Counted from the first letter of the whole stretch, positions 22,208 to 35,757 are shown. The stretch: DNA of 53,659 nt, filler included, from Squatina squatina (GCA_031763465.1; 3 parts of 3 records of this genome joined end to end with filler, not necessarily neighbours in it), one strand, 5' to 3'. The notes: generated by a model not told the origin, from the sequence alone. Program-made: numbers and translations.

Positions 22208-23274
22208 GTGTCATGAAGCTTCGGGTGAAGCTGCAATGGAGACAGGGCACAATGTAGGAAGAATGTGTCCTGCTGAAGGTGAATGTGCAATTTGAACACG
22301 CGTTCCTCAGGTTTAAGTTCAAGCATGTTGTAGGTTTAAGAAACCTAGTTGTTGTGTGTCTTGGATCATTGTGACTGAGCTGGAGGTGAAAGTAATCAGA
22401 TATAGAAAGCCGGCAGAGGATCTGAAAAGCGCCCACTGCTGTAGAGCCAGGAGCACTTAATACTCGGAGAGGCGAATTTTCATACACTGAAGCCGAGAAA
22501 GCTTGTAGAATCATTTCGGTCAGGAAATGAATATGATGTGGGTGTATGCTCCACATTGTCTGATATCAATTTCATTGCTGTTCCTGTCAAAGGGCACTTA
22601 ACTTCCAATCTTTGAAAAACACTGCATATTTTTTTTTTAAATTCAGAGCAGAATTCACTGATTCGTACCCAGCCGTCCACCTCCGGACAGAATGGACACT
22701 TGACTTTCATTTAAGAGCGATTAACTGACTAAAATGCACAGTAATATTGTTACAGGAAGCAGAGACCTTGAGAGAAATGTTATTCGTTTGGAAATTTCAA
22801 ATAATTCGTTCTGCTGAATATTCACATTGTTATTCCATGTATTCTAAAAAACAAAATTATTCACTGAATTATTCAGCACATATTGCACTGATTGTACAAC
22901 AAATTGTTCTCTCAAATATCCAGTCAATTATCTATCGAATTAAATATTGAAATATTCAGAGTGTTTCCCAAAGGATTGTCAACTGTATTATCCAAATAAT
23001 TGTTCACTGAATTAAACTCTAAAGTGTGAAGACATTCACCATTCAATTATCTATGGATTGAAAAGTTGGAATATGCAAAGACTTAGACTCTGAATCACCC
23101 ACACCTCTTTACAACTGCCCCTTATTGTTGAGCTCCTAATGATTTAATGTTAGTTGAAATAACAGCAGACACACTTTTCAATCTGGCTGTCTACATTACT
23201 GTAACGAACGTATTATGATAAACCTTATTGCTGTTCTGAATGGATTTGCAGTTCTAAAATTAGAAAGATTCGAT

Positions 23275-23720
23275 GAATTGCATTTACATAGCGCATGTAT
23301 CGATCAGCGGACGTCTCAAAGTGATTTCCAGAAATGAAATACCCTTTTGAAAAATGTGCACTGTTCTAATGTAGGAAACGCAGCAGACAATTTGTGCCAG
23401 GAAGCTGCCACAAGCAGCAATGTGACCTTGAGCAAATTAGCTGTTTGATTGATGTTGATTCGGGAATAAACATTGCCCAGGACACTGCGGGTATCTGCTT
23501 TGCTTTGCTCGATGTTACATAATCAAATCTCACAGGAGACATAATGCGTCTGCTCAGTTTATCATTGCATTGAAAGTTCGCACATCCGAAGGTGCAGCAC
23601 TCTCTCAGTACAGCACTGGAGTGAAAGCCTAAATTTTTGTTCTCAAGTTCTAGATTGTGACGTGAACCCACAATCATCTGAATGAGAGGCGAGAGTGCGA
23701 AACACTGAGACAAGGCTGCG
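23275..23720 (-). mobile_element. tRNA-derived SINE, SacSINE1/DeuSINE-like, full length and diverged
   Basis: Head GCAGCCTTGTCTCAGTG..GGGTTCA; body CAGTGCTGTACTGAGAGAGTGCTGCAC and CACAAATTGTCTGCTGCGTTTCCTACATT; L2-like tail GCGCTATGTAAATGCAA. Confidence 0.75.
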
Positions 23721-25083
23721 ACTTAAATTGCATAGATCCACATCAGTTCAGCAGCATGTTCTGCTTCACATTATAAAGAGAGAATTACAATTTTTTATGT
23801 CAGCCAGAAATTTCTAAATGTATTTCTGCTGTGCTGTCACTCTTGTTGATGTTCGAAGTGAACTCCAATTTAAGCCCGATCCACATCTGCTTTGATCACC
23901 CCGAACAATGCAGCAGTGTCTACAAGAAATGTCAGTTTAGTTGGAAGTTTCGACATCAAAGTGAAACCTGAAACCAAAATGAACAGACACATTTGTGAAT
24001 GGGATGCTGGAGATATGGTGCCAATGAGCAGCTGGAAATAGTCATAATGTAATGTGTGCTGCAATCAAGAAATATACCAGCAGGGGGAGTCGGTTCATTA
24101 TTCATTGAGCTTAACATTAACACATAGGTTTTATTCACCAATATGATGTGGCACTTTCTATGATGGTACTTTAAGTTTCACAGTAAAAGGCGGGAGCGTG
24201 ACAAGATATAAAATCAAAATGTACACTATCCAACATAGTTCAGTTAGAGTTGGAAGAGTGATTTACAGTAAAACCCACTATACGGAAATGGAGGACAGCA
24301 TTGGTCTGAACTGCATCGTGAGAATAGACAGAAGTGCTCAAGGTAGATACATGACTGAATTTTCCATCAATATATAAATACACACAGTCGTAAATTAATT
24401 AATTAATGTAACTGTGTCATTTAGAAAACAGTCCTTATATGCTTACTGTACTCTGATTAAAAGCACTTTCGATGTAATACCAAAGAAGTGATTGGGAGGG
24501 TGTCCGTTCCTTGTTATACCGAGGAAAACAATTAAAATACATTGTTAATTGTTACAATTTGAATGTTTCGAGACGCTCAGCATTATTCCACGCAATGCAT
24601 TTATTGACAGACTCCACAGTTTCAGTCACTTGTCACTTGAAAATGCCATTTGATGCAGAGCCCAATTTGCATGACATTCAATTCAGAAAAAAATATGATA
24701 AACCACTGGAAACTACAGAATGGAAGAAGACACCACAATAATTAAACAGGGTACATTAATGTTAAACTGACACCACAGCTTACATAAATGTGCAACAGAG
24801 TGCATACGGCAAGCTGCTGCATTGTTAGACACACAGCATGAGTAGCCCTGTAATTGCGGCTTTTTTATACAATTCATGATTTTTTCACTACTGACCAGGA
24901 AGACCAACTGCTGCGAGGATTGGGTAGTAAATGGCTCTTATCTGATGAATTATCGGGACTCCCATTTTCTGAGACAAGCGATGATTCCTGTTGCGATGGG
25001 TAAACCAGACCTGGAGTAACATGTGAAATGAAAGGTTCAAAGAACCATGATTTATACAGCAAGGAAGTCTCCAGTGTGCAGTT

Positions 25084-25097
25084 CTGCCCCCTGGCAG
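25084..25097 (-). promoter_or_regulatory. CTCF-like site
   Basis: CTGCCAGGGGGCAG on minus strand, close to the CCASYAGRKGGCRS core. Confidence 0.35.
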
Positions 25098-25744
25098 CAG
25101 ATGTTAATTAAAATCATTTGAACAACCAGCTTGCATCAGCAGCTTTATTCCCGGGCTAATACTGTTATGAGAATATACGTTTTAACGTGACACGTCACAC
25201 ATTGGAATAAGGTTTTTGTCAATTGTATAACAAACAGGTGGAATGGCAGAATTCAACAGTTTGATACTACAGATGTTTATTCAGGTTGGGAAATTTACAA
25301 TTATAAAAATTCAGATACTTTAAAATTTGGGAGGGTGCAGTAGGCAGAGAACACAGCTCAGAATCAAGACAGCATTTTAGGCAAACGAGTCAAGCGTCTA
25401 CAAGTGTTGTCATGTAATTTAATTTTGGCCCCCGTAATATCCTGCATCCCGTAAGGTGAACAAAATGTCCATGTCTAACATGAAAACAGTTAATTGTGCA
25501 AAGGATAAAGTAGAAAAACTGCCTTGCAATTCTAAGTAGAGTGAATACTGAAGAAGGCCGGAGAGGCAGAACAGGAATCAACAGAATCAATAAAATAGTC
25601 ATCTAGCATTCAAAAAAACAGAGCACAAGTCATGCCAAGTTTCAATCCAAATTTAAGAAAACTGTCCGCCTTTGTTCACTGAGACACAGTGAACATAGTA
25701 AGTGCTGGACTTATTGCAGGGAACGGTCACGAGACTGATTGAAA

Positions 25745-26535
25745 TATAGAAACAATGATTATAGGAGCAGGAGTCGGCCATTCGGCCCTTCGAGCCTGCT
25801 GCGCCATTCAATGATATCGCTGATCAGACAAAGAGACTACCCTGTCCCTGCTTTCTCCCCATGTCCCCTGATCACTTTAGCCTTAAGAACTATATCGAAC
25901 AGCTTTTTGAATATATTTAATGACCTGGCCACAACTGCCTTCTGTGGTAGCGAATTCCACAGGTTCACCAATTTTGGATCAAAACATTCCTCCTCATAAC
26001 ATTTATAAATGGATTACCCCTTATCCTTATGGTGTGGCCACTGGTTCTGGACTCGCCCAGCATGGAGACCATCCTTCCAGCATCTAGTTGGTCCAGGCCT
26101 GTTAGAATTTTATAAGTTTCAATGAGTTTCCCTCTCATTCTTCTTAACTCTAGCGCTTACGAGCCGAATCGACTCAATCTCTCTTCATACTTTATCCCTG
26201 CCACCCAGGGAATCAGGCTAGTGAATCTTCGCAGCACTCCCTCCTTGGCAACAACATCCTTCCTCAGATAAGGCGATCAAAGCTGCACACAATACGCAAG
26301 GTGTGGCCTCATCAAGGCCCTGTATAATTGCAGTAAGACTGTCCTGCTCCTGTACTCGAATCCTCTCACAATGAAGTCCAACATGCTATTTGCCTTCTTA
26401 ACCGCCTGCTGCACCTGCATGCTTGCCATCAGCGACAAGACACCCAAATCTCGTTGCACCTCCACTTTTCCCTATATTTTGCCATTCAGATAATCATCTG
26501 CCTTCCTGTTTTTGCCACCAAAATGGATAACCTCA
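25745..26535 (-). mobile_element. CR1 3' portion
   Basis: QRDLGVL..RGFEYRS..LYRALMRPHLAYCVQL, followed by 3' UTR. Confidence 0.88.
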
Positions 26536-27850
26536 CAGGTGTTGCCCAAGATCAGACCTCTGGTTTTTGAGGAAACAGTGGAGGAAATGAAATAGTTCAT
26601 ACTCGACAAGATCGACTGGGCTGATTTTTATTTGAAAAAATATAATCCAGCAATGCTGCGCCATTGGAAAACACAGCATTGGTTTCCCCTCCCGAATTGC
26701 CATTGATCCACCATTCACAGCTCTATGTGGCAGGAGTACAGAGCTTTGATCAGATCCGTTGTTTGTGGGACCGCATGAGGGTCCATTGTTCAGCATGCAT
26801 ATAGTCCTGTGTTGTAGTTCACCAGGTTGGCAACTTGTGTTATGTACACCTGCTGTTCAACATGGCATGCTATTCCGCACTCCTCAACAAGCCAGCCCGG
26901 CTTGATATCACTCGTAGAATGAGGAACAGGACGTGCCAAACAACGCGGTTATTGATTGTGTTGGGACAATTCTGCTGCTGGTGATGCCTCGTGGTTACCC
27001 AATTTGATGGCTGGATCTGTACTGAATCTATCCTAACGAGCACAGCGGAAGGGCATCACAGCACGAGGGAGGTTGTCCTCAGTGTGAAGCCAGGTCTTCG
27101 TCTGCACATGAACTGTATGATTGTCACTACTATCAAAACTCTCAAGGAAAAATGGATCTCAGGCTGCTAGCTTTGCCTGGACAAGGTCAAGCAGGTTTAT
27201 CCATCCTGTTCATGCTCAATCCAAATACTGTAAGCCAGGCCTGACATCAGTGTCCTACAATATCCAAACAGCTGGTTCAGTACTGCTGCTGCCGAGCCAT
27301 CCTTGGTAACGAATTTGAAGTCCAAGAGCATATTCTGTAGCCTTGCTGTGCTCAGTGCTACCTACAAGTGGTGTTCAACACGGAGGAATGCAAATTCATC
27401 AGCTAAAGGTGGGCGGTAGGTGGTAATCAGCAGGAGGTTACCTTGCCCATCTTTAACCTGTGACTATGAGAATTCACGGGGTCCGAAGTCAATTTTGAGG
27501 TCTTCCAGGATCATTGCCTCCCGACTGTGCCAGCACCTCTGTTGAGTCGGCCCTACCTGTGGGGAAGGACAGGACATACCCATGCAATGTGCTGGGCGAT
27601 TCTGGGAGTTTTGCTGAGAGTTATGATTCTGTGATGGTGAATACATCAGGTTATTGCTTGTGAATCAGGTCTCAAAATTTGGGTCGGAATTCCCAGGTGT
27701 TCCTGAGCTGCACATTGCAGGGATTCTGTGCGTGGTTTAACGTTGTCATGTCCAAATTCAATGCTGGTTCGATGCCGATTTCTCTGTCCGCTTTTATTCT
27801 TTTTGAATTTTTTTATCATAGTTTGGGAGAAAGGTATGGCTTGCTAAGGT
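26536..27850 (-). mobile_element. CR1-clade LINE, degraded endonuclease region
   Basis: GNLLLITTYRPP, VEHHL, WLGSSSTE, LLDLV and an SDH-like motif on the minus strand. Confidence 0.65.
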
Positions 27851-27929
27851 GTTAAGAGTCGACCAAGTTACAGACATGCTTGCTTAGGAAAACAAACATC
27901 TTTCCCTGAAGGGAATTAGTTATCATCCT

Positions 27930-28675
27930 TCTTTTGCAGCATCACACAGGAGGAAATAGATTCTCTTTATCTGGTCTATGAAAACTTTAATCATCTTCAG
28001 CACTTCAGTCAGATCATCCATTATTCAATGGAATATTAGCCCTGTCTATGCAACTTCTCCTCATAATATAATCTTTCTCGCCCCGAAATCATTCTAGAGA
28101 ATCTGCGCTGCACCCACTCGAAGGCCAGTATATGCTTTCTGAGGTGCGCAACATGAATTGATAGTGCTACTCCAGGTCTGGTCTGAGAAGGCCGCTGTAC
28201 CATTGTAACATAACTCAAAAATAGTCTCCAGGCACGCGGGAGATAAAAGCAATTTGCCTTTATTTTAAATTATTTTGTAACTTTCCACTAGCTTTTACTG
28301 ATTTGTGTACTTGGTCCCACAAATACGCTGCTCATCCACACCTCCTAACTTTATGCCATGTATAGTACAATCTGATTTATCTTTCTTAATTACAGAATGG
28401 ATGCCTTCACACTTTGCCTCATTGAGGTGCATTTGCCACACTTTTCCCCAGTACCTCAATCTATGAATGTCCCGATGAACCTTTCACCTGCTGTCTGCTC
28501 TACATACTGTGCCCCGTGACATACTATCATCAGCAAACATGGATATCAGGCTCTCCACTCCGTCATCCATGCAACTTATGAATATAATGTAAAGCTGCAG
28601 CCGCATTTAGATCCCTGGCAGACAACATATCCTTCACATTTAAGTGCAAGCACCTTATCCCTACTCTCTGACTCT
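27930..28675 (-). mobile_element. Old CR1 fragment
   Basis: HLRKHILAFEWVQRRFSRMI; FADD-like motif near 28530. Confidence 0.75.
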
Positions 28676-28689
28676 TACCAAATCAGACA

Positions 28690-29510
28690 ATAAGACCATA
28701 AGAAGTAGATACAGGATGAGGCCATTCGGCCACTCGAGCCGGTCTGCCATTCGATTGATTCTTGGCTGATCTGATATTGCTCAATCCATGTTCCTGCCCT
28801 TCCCCCAAAACCCGTGATTTTCATACTGATCAGAAATCTATCTATCTCAGCCTTAAATTTACACAAGGACTGAGCCCCCAAAGCTCTCTGTCGGCAAGGA
28901 GTTACAGAGAATAAAACCCCCTGAGAGAAGAAATGCTTTCTCAGCTCAGCCTTCAATGGTCTCCCCATTATTCTGAGACTGTGTCCTCTGGTCGTAAACT
29001 CTCCTCTGAGGATTTACCCTGTCCTGACCTCCACGAATTATATATGTTTCAATAAGATTGCCACTCATTCTTCTAATCTCCAATAAGCAGAGTCCCAACC
29101 TGTTTAACCTTCCCTCATAGGACAATCCCTTCATATCCGGAATCATCCTCCGAAACCTTCTCTGCACCACCTCTTAGGAAATTATATTTTCCTGAAATAC
29201 TGTAACCAGAACTGCTCATTGCACTCTACATGTGTTCTCTCTGCTGCCTTGCACAGGTGCACTAAGACTTCCCTACTTTTATACAACAATCCCATTGGAA
29301 TAAAGTCCAGCATTCTATTCGCCTTCCCTGTTACCAGCTGCACTTATGTGTTAGCTTTCTGTGTTTGGTAAACAAGGAACCCCTAATCCCATTGTGCTAC
29401 AGCTTTCTGCATTTTTCTCTGTTTAAATAATACTCTGTCTTCTGTTCTTCATTCTAAAATGAACACCTTCACATTTTCCAACATTATACTCCATTTGTCA
29501 GCGTTTTGCT
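28690..29510 (-). mobile_element. CR1 3' portion
   Basis: VQRRFRRMIPDMKGLSYEGRL; FKAEIDRFL; TCTTATGG-type tail. Confidence 0.85.
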
Positions 29511-30714
29511 CCCTCAATAATTTCTCAGCCAATGCAATATCTCCCCTCCAATGCTTGGTGCTCTCATTTTCATTAGTAGTGTATTGTGTGGAACCGTGTC
29601 GAATTCCTTCTGGTAATCCATATCAATTGCATCCATTGACAGGCCCAGTCCCCGAGTTTAAAGGCACGGACCTGCAGAAGCCACCTGCAGTGTTCTGTAA
29701 AGACTCAGACCTTTTATTGAGCCAACACTCGAATGTAAGGTGCTAAAAATGGACTCTAAATTTTAAACTCAGCCCTGGACTTTTAGCAAACAGACCTGTA
29801 TAAAAGCAAGCACAGCACTTTAATGCGAGAGGCCAGCACAACCCTGAGCACTTTGTAAATGGGCAGTGCTTAGATCCTTGCTTAATATAGATTGTCAGTG
29901 CCTGACACTTGTCTGATGCGAATATTACTTGCCACATTTCAACCCACGTCACTTTGTCATACCGGTCTTGCTTCATGCGGGCATGAACTGTTTAACTTTC
30001 TGTACAGTTGCAAATTGACCTGAACACTGTACCTTCATCATAGAACGGCCACCGAGAGGCACAACCTCAGCACTGAAGTTGTGGATATAGTTGTGTAAAA
30101 TCACAGCGTCTTACTGTAAGATAATTGACCTGTGCAACAATCAACAAAGCACTGAAAGTACTAATATCATTACAAACCCATCAACTCATTGAAGGGACAG
30201 AGTCGATTACATCCCCAGTTTTGAACGATCAGGACATCGCTCTCGGCAACAGCAAATCTGGATTTTAAGGAAAAAGAATTGCACAGCATAAGGCACTGTA
30301 CTGCAACGACACAGACCTGTAAAACAGGTAAAGTAAGGGCTCCTGTTGTTTGGCATAATATATCAGCATTGATAGTTGATTGCTTAACGTACAGCAAATA
30401 GACAGTGGGCTAAACAGTTAATTTGCAGGTTGGCAGGCTGTAACTTGTGGTGTGCAGCGAGATCAGTGCTTGGGATTCAGCAATATACAATTTATCTGAG
30501 TAAATGAGAGGAAGTGACAGAGTGTAATATATCAAATTCTTCTGACTATACAAACCTAGATGTGAAAAGAATCTTTGAAGAGGGCACAACGAGCCTGCAA
30601 GGGGAGCTGGCCAGGTTAAGTGAGTGAGCAATAAGGAGGCAGACAGAGGATAGTGTGGGAAAATGTGAGGTTATTCTCATGTTTAGGAAGAATGTATTAC
30701 ATTGGATTGTATAT

Positions 30715-31235
30715 GATATAAAACACAGAAACAGGCATTTCGGCCCATCCAGTCCATGAGGCCTGTTATGCTCCATTGGAGCCTCCTCCTGTCTTTCCTC
30801 ATCTAAATCTGTCAGCACAACCCCCATTCCCTTCCCCCTGATACACATGTACAGCATCCCCTTCAATGCTTCTGTACTTTTCGCTTCAAGCACTCCCTGT
30901 TGCAGCGAGTTCCATTTTCTCACCACACTGTGGAAAGAAGTTAATTCTGAGTTCCATACTAGATTAATTGGTGACTATCTTACAATGATGTTCCCGAGTT
31001 ATGCACTACCCCACGAGTGGAAACAGTCTCCCTGTATTCACTCTATCAAAACCTGTCAAAAATATAAAGACCTCCATTAGTTCTCCTCTCAGCCATCGTG
31101 TTTTCAAAAGAAAAGATATCCAAAATGTTCATGCTTTCCTCATCTTTAAATGCTCGCGTTTCTGGTATTGTCCTGTTAATTCTTCTCTGCACCCTCGCCA
31201 GTTCCTCTATATCTTTTTTTAGTAATGGCAACTAG
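30715..31235 (-). mobile_element. CR1 3' portion
   Basis: KKDIEELARVQRR; VRKWNSL. Confidence 0.75.
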
Positions 31236-31850
31236 ATGTACACTTAGGTTGCCCTTGTCCTCACCTTTCACCCCTCCAGTCTCCACGTTCAACGGATCAT
31301 CGCCACCATTTTCACCACCTCCAGCGTGATCCCACGACCAAGCATATCTTTCCTTCCGCTCCCCTTTCAGCTCCCTGTGTGACACCCTGGTCCACATCTC
31401 CATCACCTCTAGCTCACCGTCCCTTCCCACGACATCTTCCCATGGAAGCAGAGGAAATGCTAGACCAGCGCTTTTACCTTCTCCCTTCGCAATGTCCAGG
31501 GCCCCAATCACTCCTACCAGGTGAGACAGGGATATCCTTGCACTTCTTTTAATTTACAATACTGTATTCGCTGCTCACGAAGTGGTCTATTTTACATCGG
31601 GGAGACCAAAGGTAGATTGGGTGACCGCTTTGCAGAACACCTTTGTTCGGGCTGTAACCATGATCCCGAATTTCCAGTCTCCTGCCATTTAATTCTCCGC
31701 TTCATTCCCATCCTGACCTATCTGTCTTCGGCCTGTCACACTGTTCCAATGAAGCACATGGCAAGGCCGATGAGCAGCACCTCATTTTTCCATTAGGCTT
31801 TTCAAAGCCTTTTGACTTAACACTGAGTTAAACTGTTTCAGACCATAACC
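31236..31850 (+). mobile_element. Penelope-like element, GIY-YIG endonuclease fragment
   Basis: YCIRCSRSGLFYIGETKGRLGDRFAEHL. Confidence 0.85.
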
Positions 31851-32099
31851 TCTGCCCTATCATTTTTTTTTCATGTTCATCATTTTAAATCTGGTCTATT
31901 TCCGTTTCCCTCTCATGGTTGATGCTGTTTTTGACTCTGGTTTACACCCTATCTAGATGTACTTTGCTTCTTAATGCTGACCGTACAACATCTGATTGCC
32001 TTGCATCATCTCTTCATCTCTTCTGCCTTCCAGCCCATCACACAATGATCTTACCCTTTTGTTCTTCCCTCTCTCATCCCTCCCCTGACACCGCTCCTT

Positions 32100-33612
32100 G
32101 AACCACTGCTCTCGCCGCAAGCTGAGATCCACGCTGAACACCATGTGGCACCACATGCAAGCACTCGAACAATCTCTAACCTGTCCTGGTCCTCAATTTG
32201 AATTGATCCTTCACCTCATCCGATGCTTCAACAACATGTTTTTTCTTTCCTTTTAGTTGTAAAGATTCACAAGCTTCAGCATCTCTTAGACACCAAGACC
32301 CCTCTGGAAACCTCTTCCCCTCCACTTTCTCCTGATCCCATCCCTTCTTCCAATCTCACCCCCTGTCGTATCTTCACTATGCCACCTGAGAATCCCCTCT
32401 CTGATTCTGACCGATCAGTCCTGAGCAAAGGCCTGAGCTTCAACCCTTTATGCCACCACCTCAATGACGCGGAGCTCTTTTTGTGTCACCTCTGCCTCCG
32501 TGCCCACTTCTTTGGAGAGCAATCTTTCCCCCACACACTGACCATTTCTCCCGTTTTCAGATTTCTCGCTCTAACTGGACCCATGCCTCAGGCCTCTGAC
32601 CCTCTCTGGATCATTTCATTGCCCACTGCTGACGTGACATCGGCCGTCTTACTTTCTCTGTTCCGCTCACTCACTCTAAGCTACCCCACTCTGAACTCGC
32701 AGCATAGAACTCTGTCAGCTACAGCCCCAGCATTTTCATCAAACCTGCTGACAAGGGTGGTCTCTTGTTGTTTGGTGCACTGACCTCTACCTTGCAGAGG
32801 CCAAAAGCCAACTCTCTGACACCTCCTCCTATTCCGCTATGGATCATGACTGACTCATCTCCCAGACCATTACTGTCCTCATTTATGCTGGAGATCTTCC
32901 CTGCATGGCCGCTAAACTCATTGTTCCCCAGCCCAGCACAGCCCGCTTCTACCTCCTTCCCAAGATCCACAAACAGGAATGCCCCGTAGGCCCTTCGTTT
33001 CAACCTGTTCTTGCCCCACATAACTGATTTCCTCCTATATCATCTCTGTTTGTTCTCCACTTGTCCAGTCTCTTCCCACCGACATCTGTGTTTTTTCCGA
33101 TGCCCACCCCCAATTTAACAGATGCAAAGTCCTGATCACAGCCGTCTCCTCTTCACCATGGACCTGCAATCCCTCTACACCTCCAACCACGATGGGATGA
33201 CCTGAGGGCGCTCTGCTTGTTCCTTGTACTGAGACACAAACTCCATCCAGCTCCACCTTCCTCCACCGAGCTGAGCTTGTTCTCACATTTAACAACTTCT
33301 ACTTTGACTGCACTTACTTCCTCCAAGTAACAGGTTTTCAAAGGGCACCCGCCTGGGTCCGAGCAAAGCTTGCAGTTTATTGGGACATGTAGAACGTTTT
33401 ATGTTCCAGTCTACTCAGGAACCCTCCCCAACCACTTTTTCCAGTGCATTGATGATGTATCGGTGGCGTTTCCAGCTCTCGCCCCGAATTAGACAATTAA
33501 TTCACTTTGTCTCCAATTTCAACACTTTCCTCACCGTCATATGGTCCATCTCTCAATCTTCCATTACTTCCTAGACATATCTGTCTCCATTCCTGGGGAT
33601 AGGCTCTTGACA
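32100..33612 (+). mobile_element. Penelope-like element, degraded RT
   Basis: SVLSKGLSF, IKPADKGG, FYLLPKIHK, LFTMD..SLYT, GTRLGPS and IDD read across frameshifts. Confidence 0.8.
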
Positions 33613-33619
33613 GAAATAG

Positions 33620-33810
33620 ACGCATAGAAAATAGGTGCAGAAGTAGGCCATTCGGTCCGTCGAGCCTGCAGCGCCATTCAATATGATCGTGTCTGATTTC
33701 CTACCACAACTGCACCTTCTCGCTCTAGCCAAATATCCCTTCCATCCCTTAATATCCAAAAATCTATCGGTCTCGGTCTTGTATATAATCAATGGCCTAA
33801 AATCCACAGC
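33620..33810 (-). mobile_element. CR1 3' end
   Basis: YKTETDRFLDIKG, followed by 3' UTR. Confidence 0.8.
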
Positions 33811-34039
33811 TCAATCAATTGTTAATTTTAAGTCGGAGGTTGATAGATTTTGTAATCTAAAATTTTAAGGAAAATGGACCAAAGGCAGTTAGGCAATCTA
33901 CGTCAGACAAATATCTTTTCCAATCACTGCCATGAATTATATACTGGCTGAGAATTTTCATGTTTTATTGTTCCAATCTGTTCCAGAATCAGTCTAAATT
34001 TAGCTCATAATGTCCATGGCACAATGTACTCAGTGTTCT

Positions 34040-34310
34040 ACAACAACAACAAAAATAACAACAACAGCAACAACAACAACTAAAATAGCAATGGTTAATC
34101 CTTGCTTTAATATCCCTTCTTTAACCAAGTAAAACGTCCCACGATGCTTTACATGAACATCATAAACCCACGTTTGATAACGAGACACATAAGGAGATAT
34201 TAACGCAGCTGAACAAAACCTTGCTCAATGAAGTCCTTTATAGGAGGGTTTTCAAGCAAGAAATAGAGGCACCGAGGGGAGTGAATTAGGGAGGGAATCC
34301 CGAGCGCCCA
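34040..34310 (-). mobile_element. L2 3' end with (CAA)n/(GTT)n tail
   Basis: Reverse complement resembles 11240-11456. Confidence 0.65.
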
Positions 34311-34759
34311 AAATTGGTGGCTGATGGCACAAATGCCAATGGTCTCGCAACTAAAATCGGGAATGCCCAAGAGAAGCACAGGCATAGCCTCGCTGCCAGG
34401 ATGCACGAATTGCTACTTGCTCCTTGCAATCAAGTATTGGGTCTCATGTTACCTTGTGTTTCGTTACTACAATCCAAACGGCCATGTGCTGGGGTCACAC
34501 GCTCTTTTTCAACCTGCACGGAGCCAGAAAGTGCGATTCCATCTTCCCTGGCACGGTTTTCTTATTTTTGTTCACTAATTGGAGCCAATTATCGGACATG
34601 GCAACGCAATGGAGCTACTAGGTGTGTTTGCATCCTCCCACATAACATGTGTGCGGGTTTGATTAATGCTCTTAATTATGGCAGGTGAACTAATTCTGAT
34701 AACAATTTTATCTGCTCTTCCAGGGCCTCGTTCTCTGCCAGTATTTTGAGAAAGAGCAG

Positions 34760-34836
34760 GTGGATCGGGACTTGGGACTACGATGTTGTGGCCATCACGG
34801 AAACGTGGATAGAGGAAGGGCAGAAATGGATGTTGG
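34760..34836 (+). mobile_element. CR1 endonuclease fragment
   Basis: WIGTWDYDVVAITETW. Confidence 0.75.
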
Positions 34837-34936
34837 NNNNNNNNNNNNNNNNNNNNNNNNNNNNNNNNNNNNNNNNNNNNTTAATTAATTAANNNNNNNN
34901 NNNNNNNNNNNNNNNNNNNNNNNNNNNNNNNNNNNN
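34837..34936. other. Artificial scaffold-joining spacer
   Basis: 44 N + TTAATTAATTAA + 44 N. Confidence 0.95.
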
Positions 34937-35657
34937 AAGCCAGCCTTGGAAAGCACCCCTTGCTGCACAAGTGTGACGTTTCCATTTCCCACATCAGCCA
35001 CCCTAATGGCCTGTCTGAATGAGGCTGCCAATTTTGTGCCAGTTAGTGGATAATTATCAGCAGTTTTGAGCCGAGAATTCACACCCACTGGGAACTGAGT
35101 TGACACTGCCTGAACTCTTTTCACTTAGGAATGTTACAGTCATCAGAGAGTGGGGGCTTTCATTCCGTTAGTCTGTCTCAATTCCAAATTCGGTCCCAAA
35201 GATGAAAGAATCATGTTCAAACCCAGTGTGACACCCAGTGTACCTTCAATGTACCATTTTGGCCTTTAGCAGCTAAGCAATAAGCCCAACCAAATGGATG
35301 TGTCAGTCCATCCCTTTTATGTATTCTCTTACAACTGAAGTGTGGCTTCAACTTTATTTTTTTCTACTCCAAATTATCATGCCAGATTGAGCAAAATTCA
35401 CTTAGTATGGCAATTAAACCAACAGCAGGGAAAAGGAACACTGTCAGCATTGTATAATGGTGAGGACTAAACAACACAGTTGTAGGTGGGTGTCAAAAGA
35501 TGGAGACAAACGAAGCTCATTACTGTAGGTGAGCTGTGGCCCGACATCCGAGTTGGGNNNNNNNNNNNNNNNNNNNNNNNNNNNNNNNNNNNNNNNNNNN
35601 NNNNNNNNNNNNNNNNNNNNNNNNNNNNNNNNNNNNNNNNNNNNNNNNNNNNNNNNN

Positions 35658-35757
35658 GCAAGTTTACGCAGCTCCCGGACCCTCAGGTAAGTTTGTCAAA
35701 ATATTTACGGTTGGAGGCACCCGCACGCAGGAAGCCTCCGATCGCAAATTCTGCCCC
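35658..35757 (-). mobile_element. End of a MITE homologous to 46570-47017
   Basis: Reverse complement GGGGCAGAATTTGCGATCGGAGGCTTCCTGCGTGCGGGTGCCTCCAA matches the start of 46570. Confidence 0.8.
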
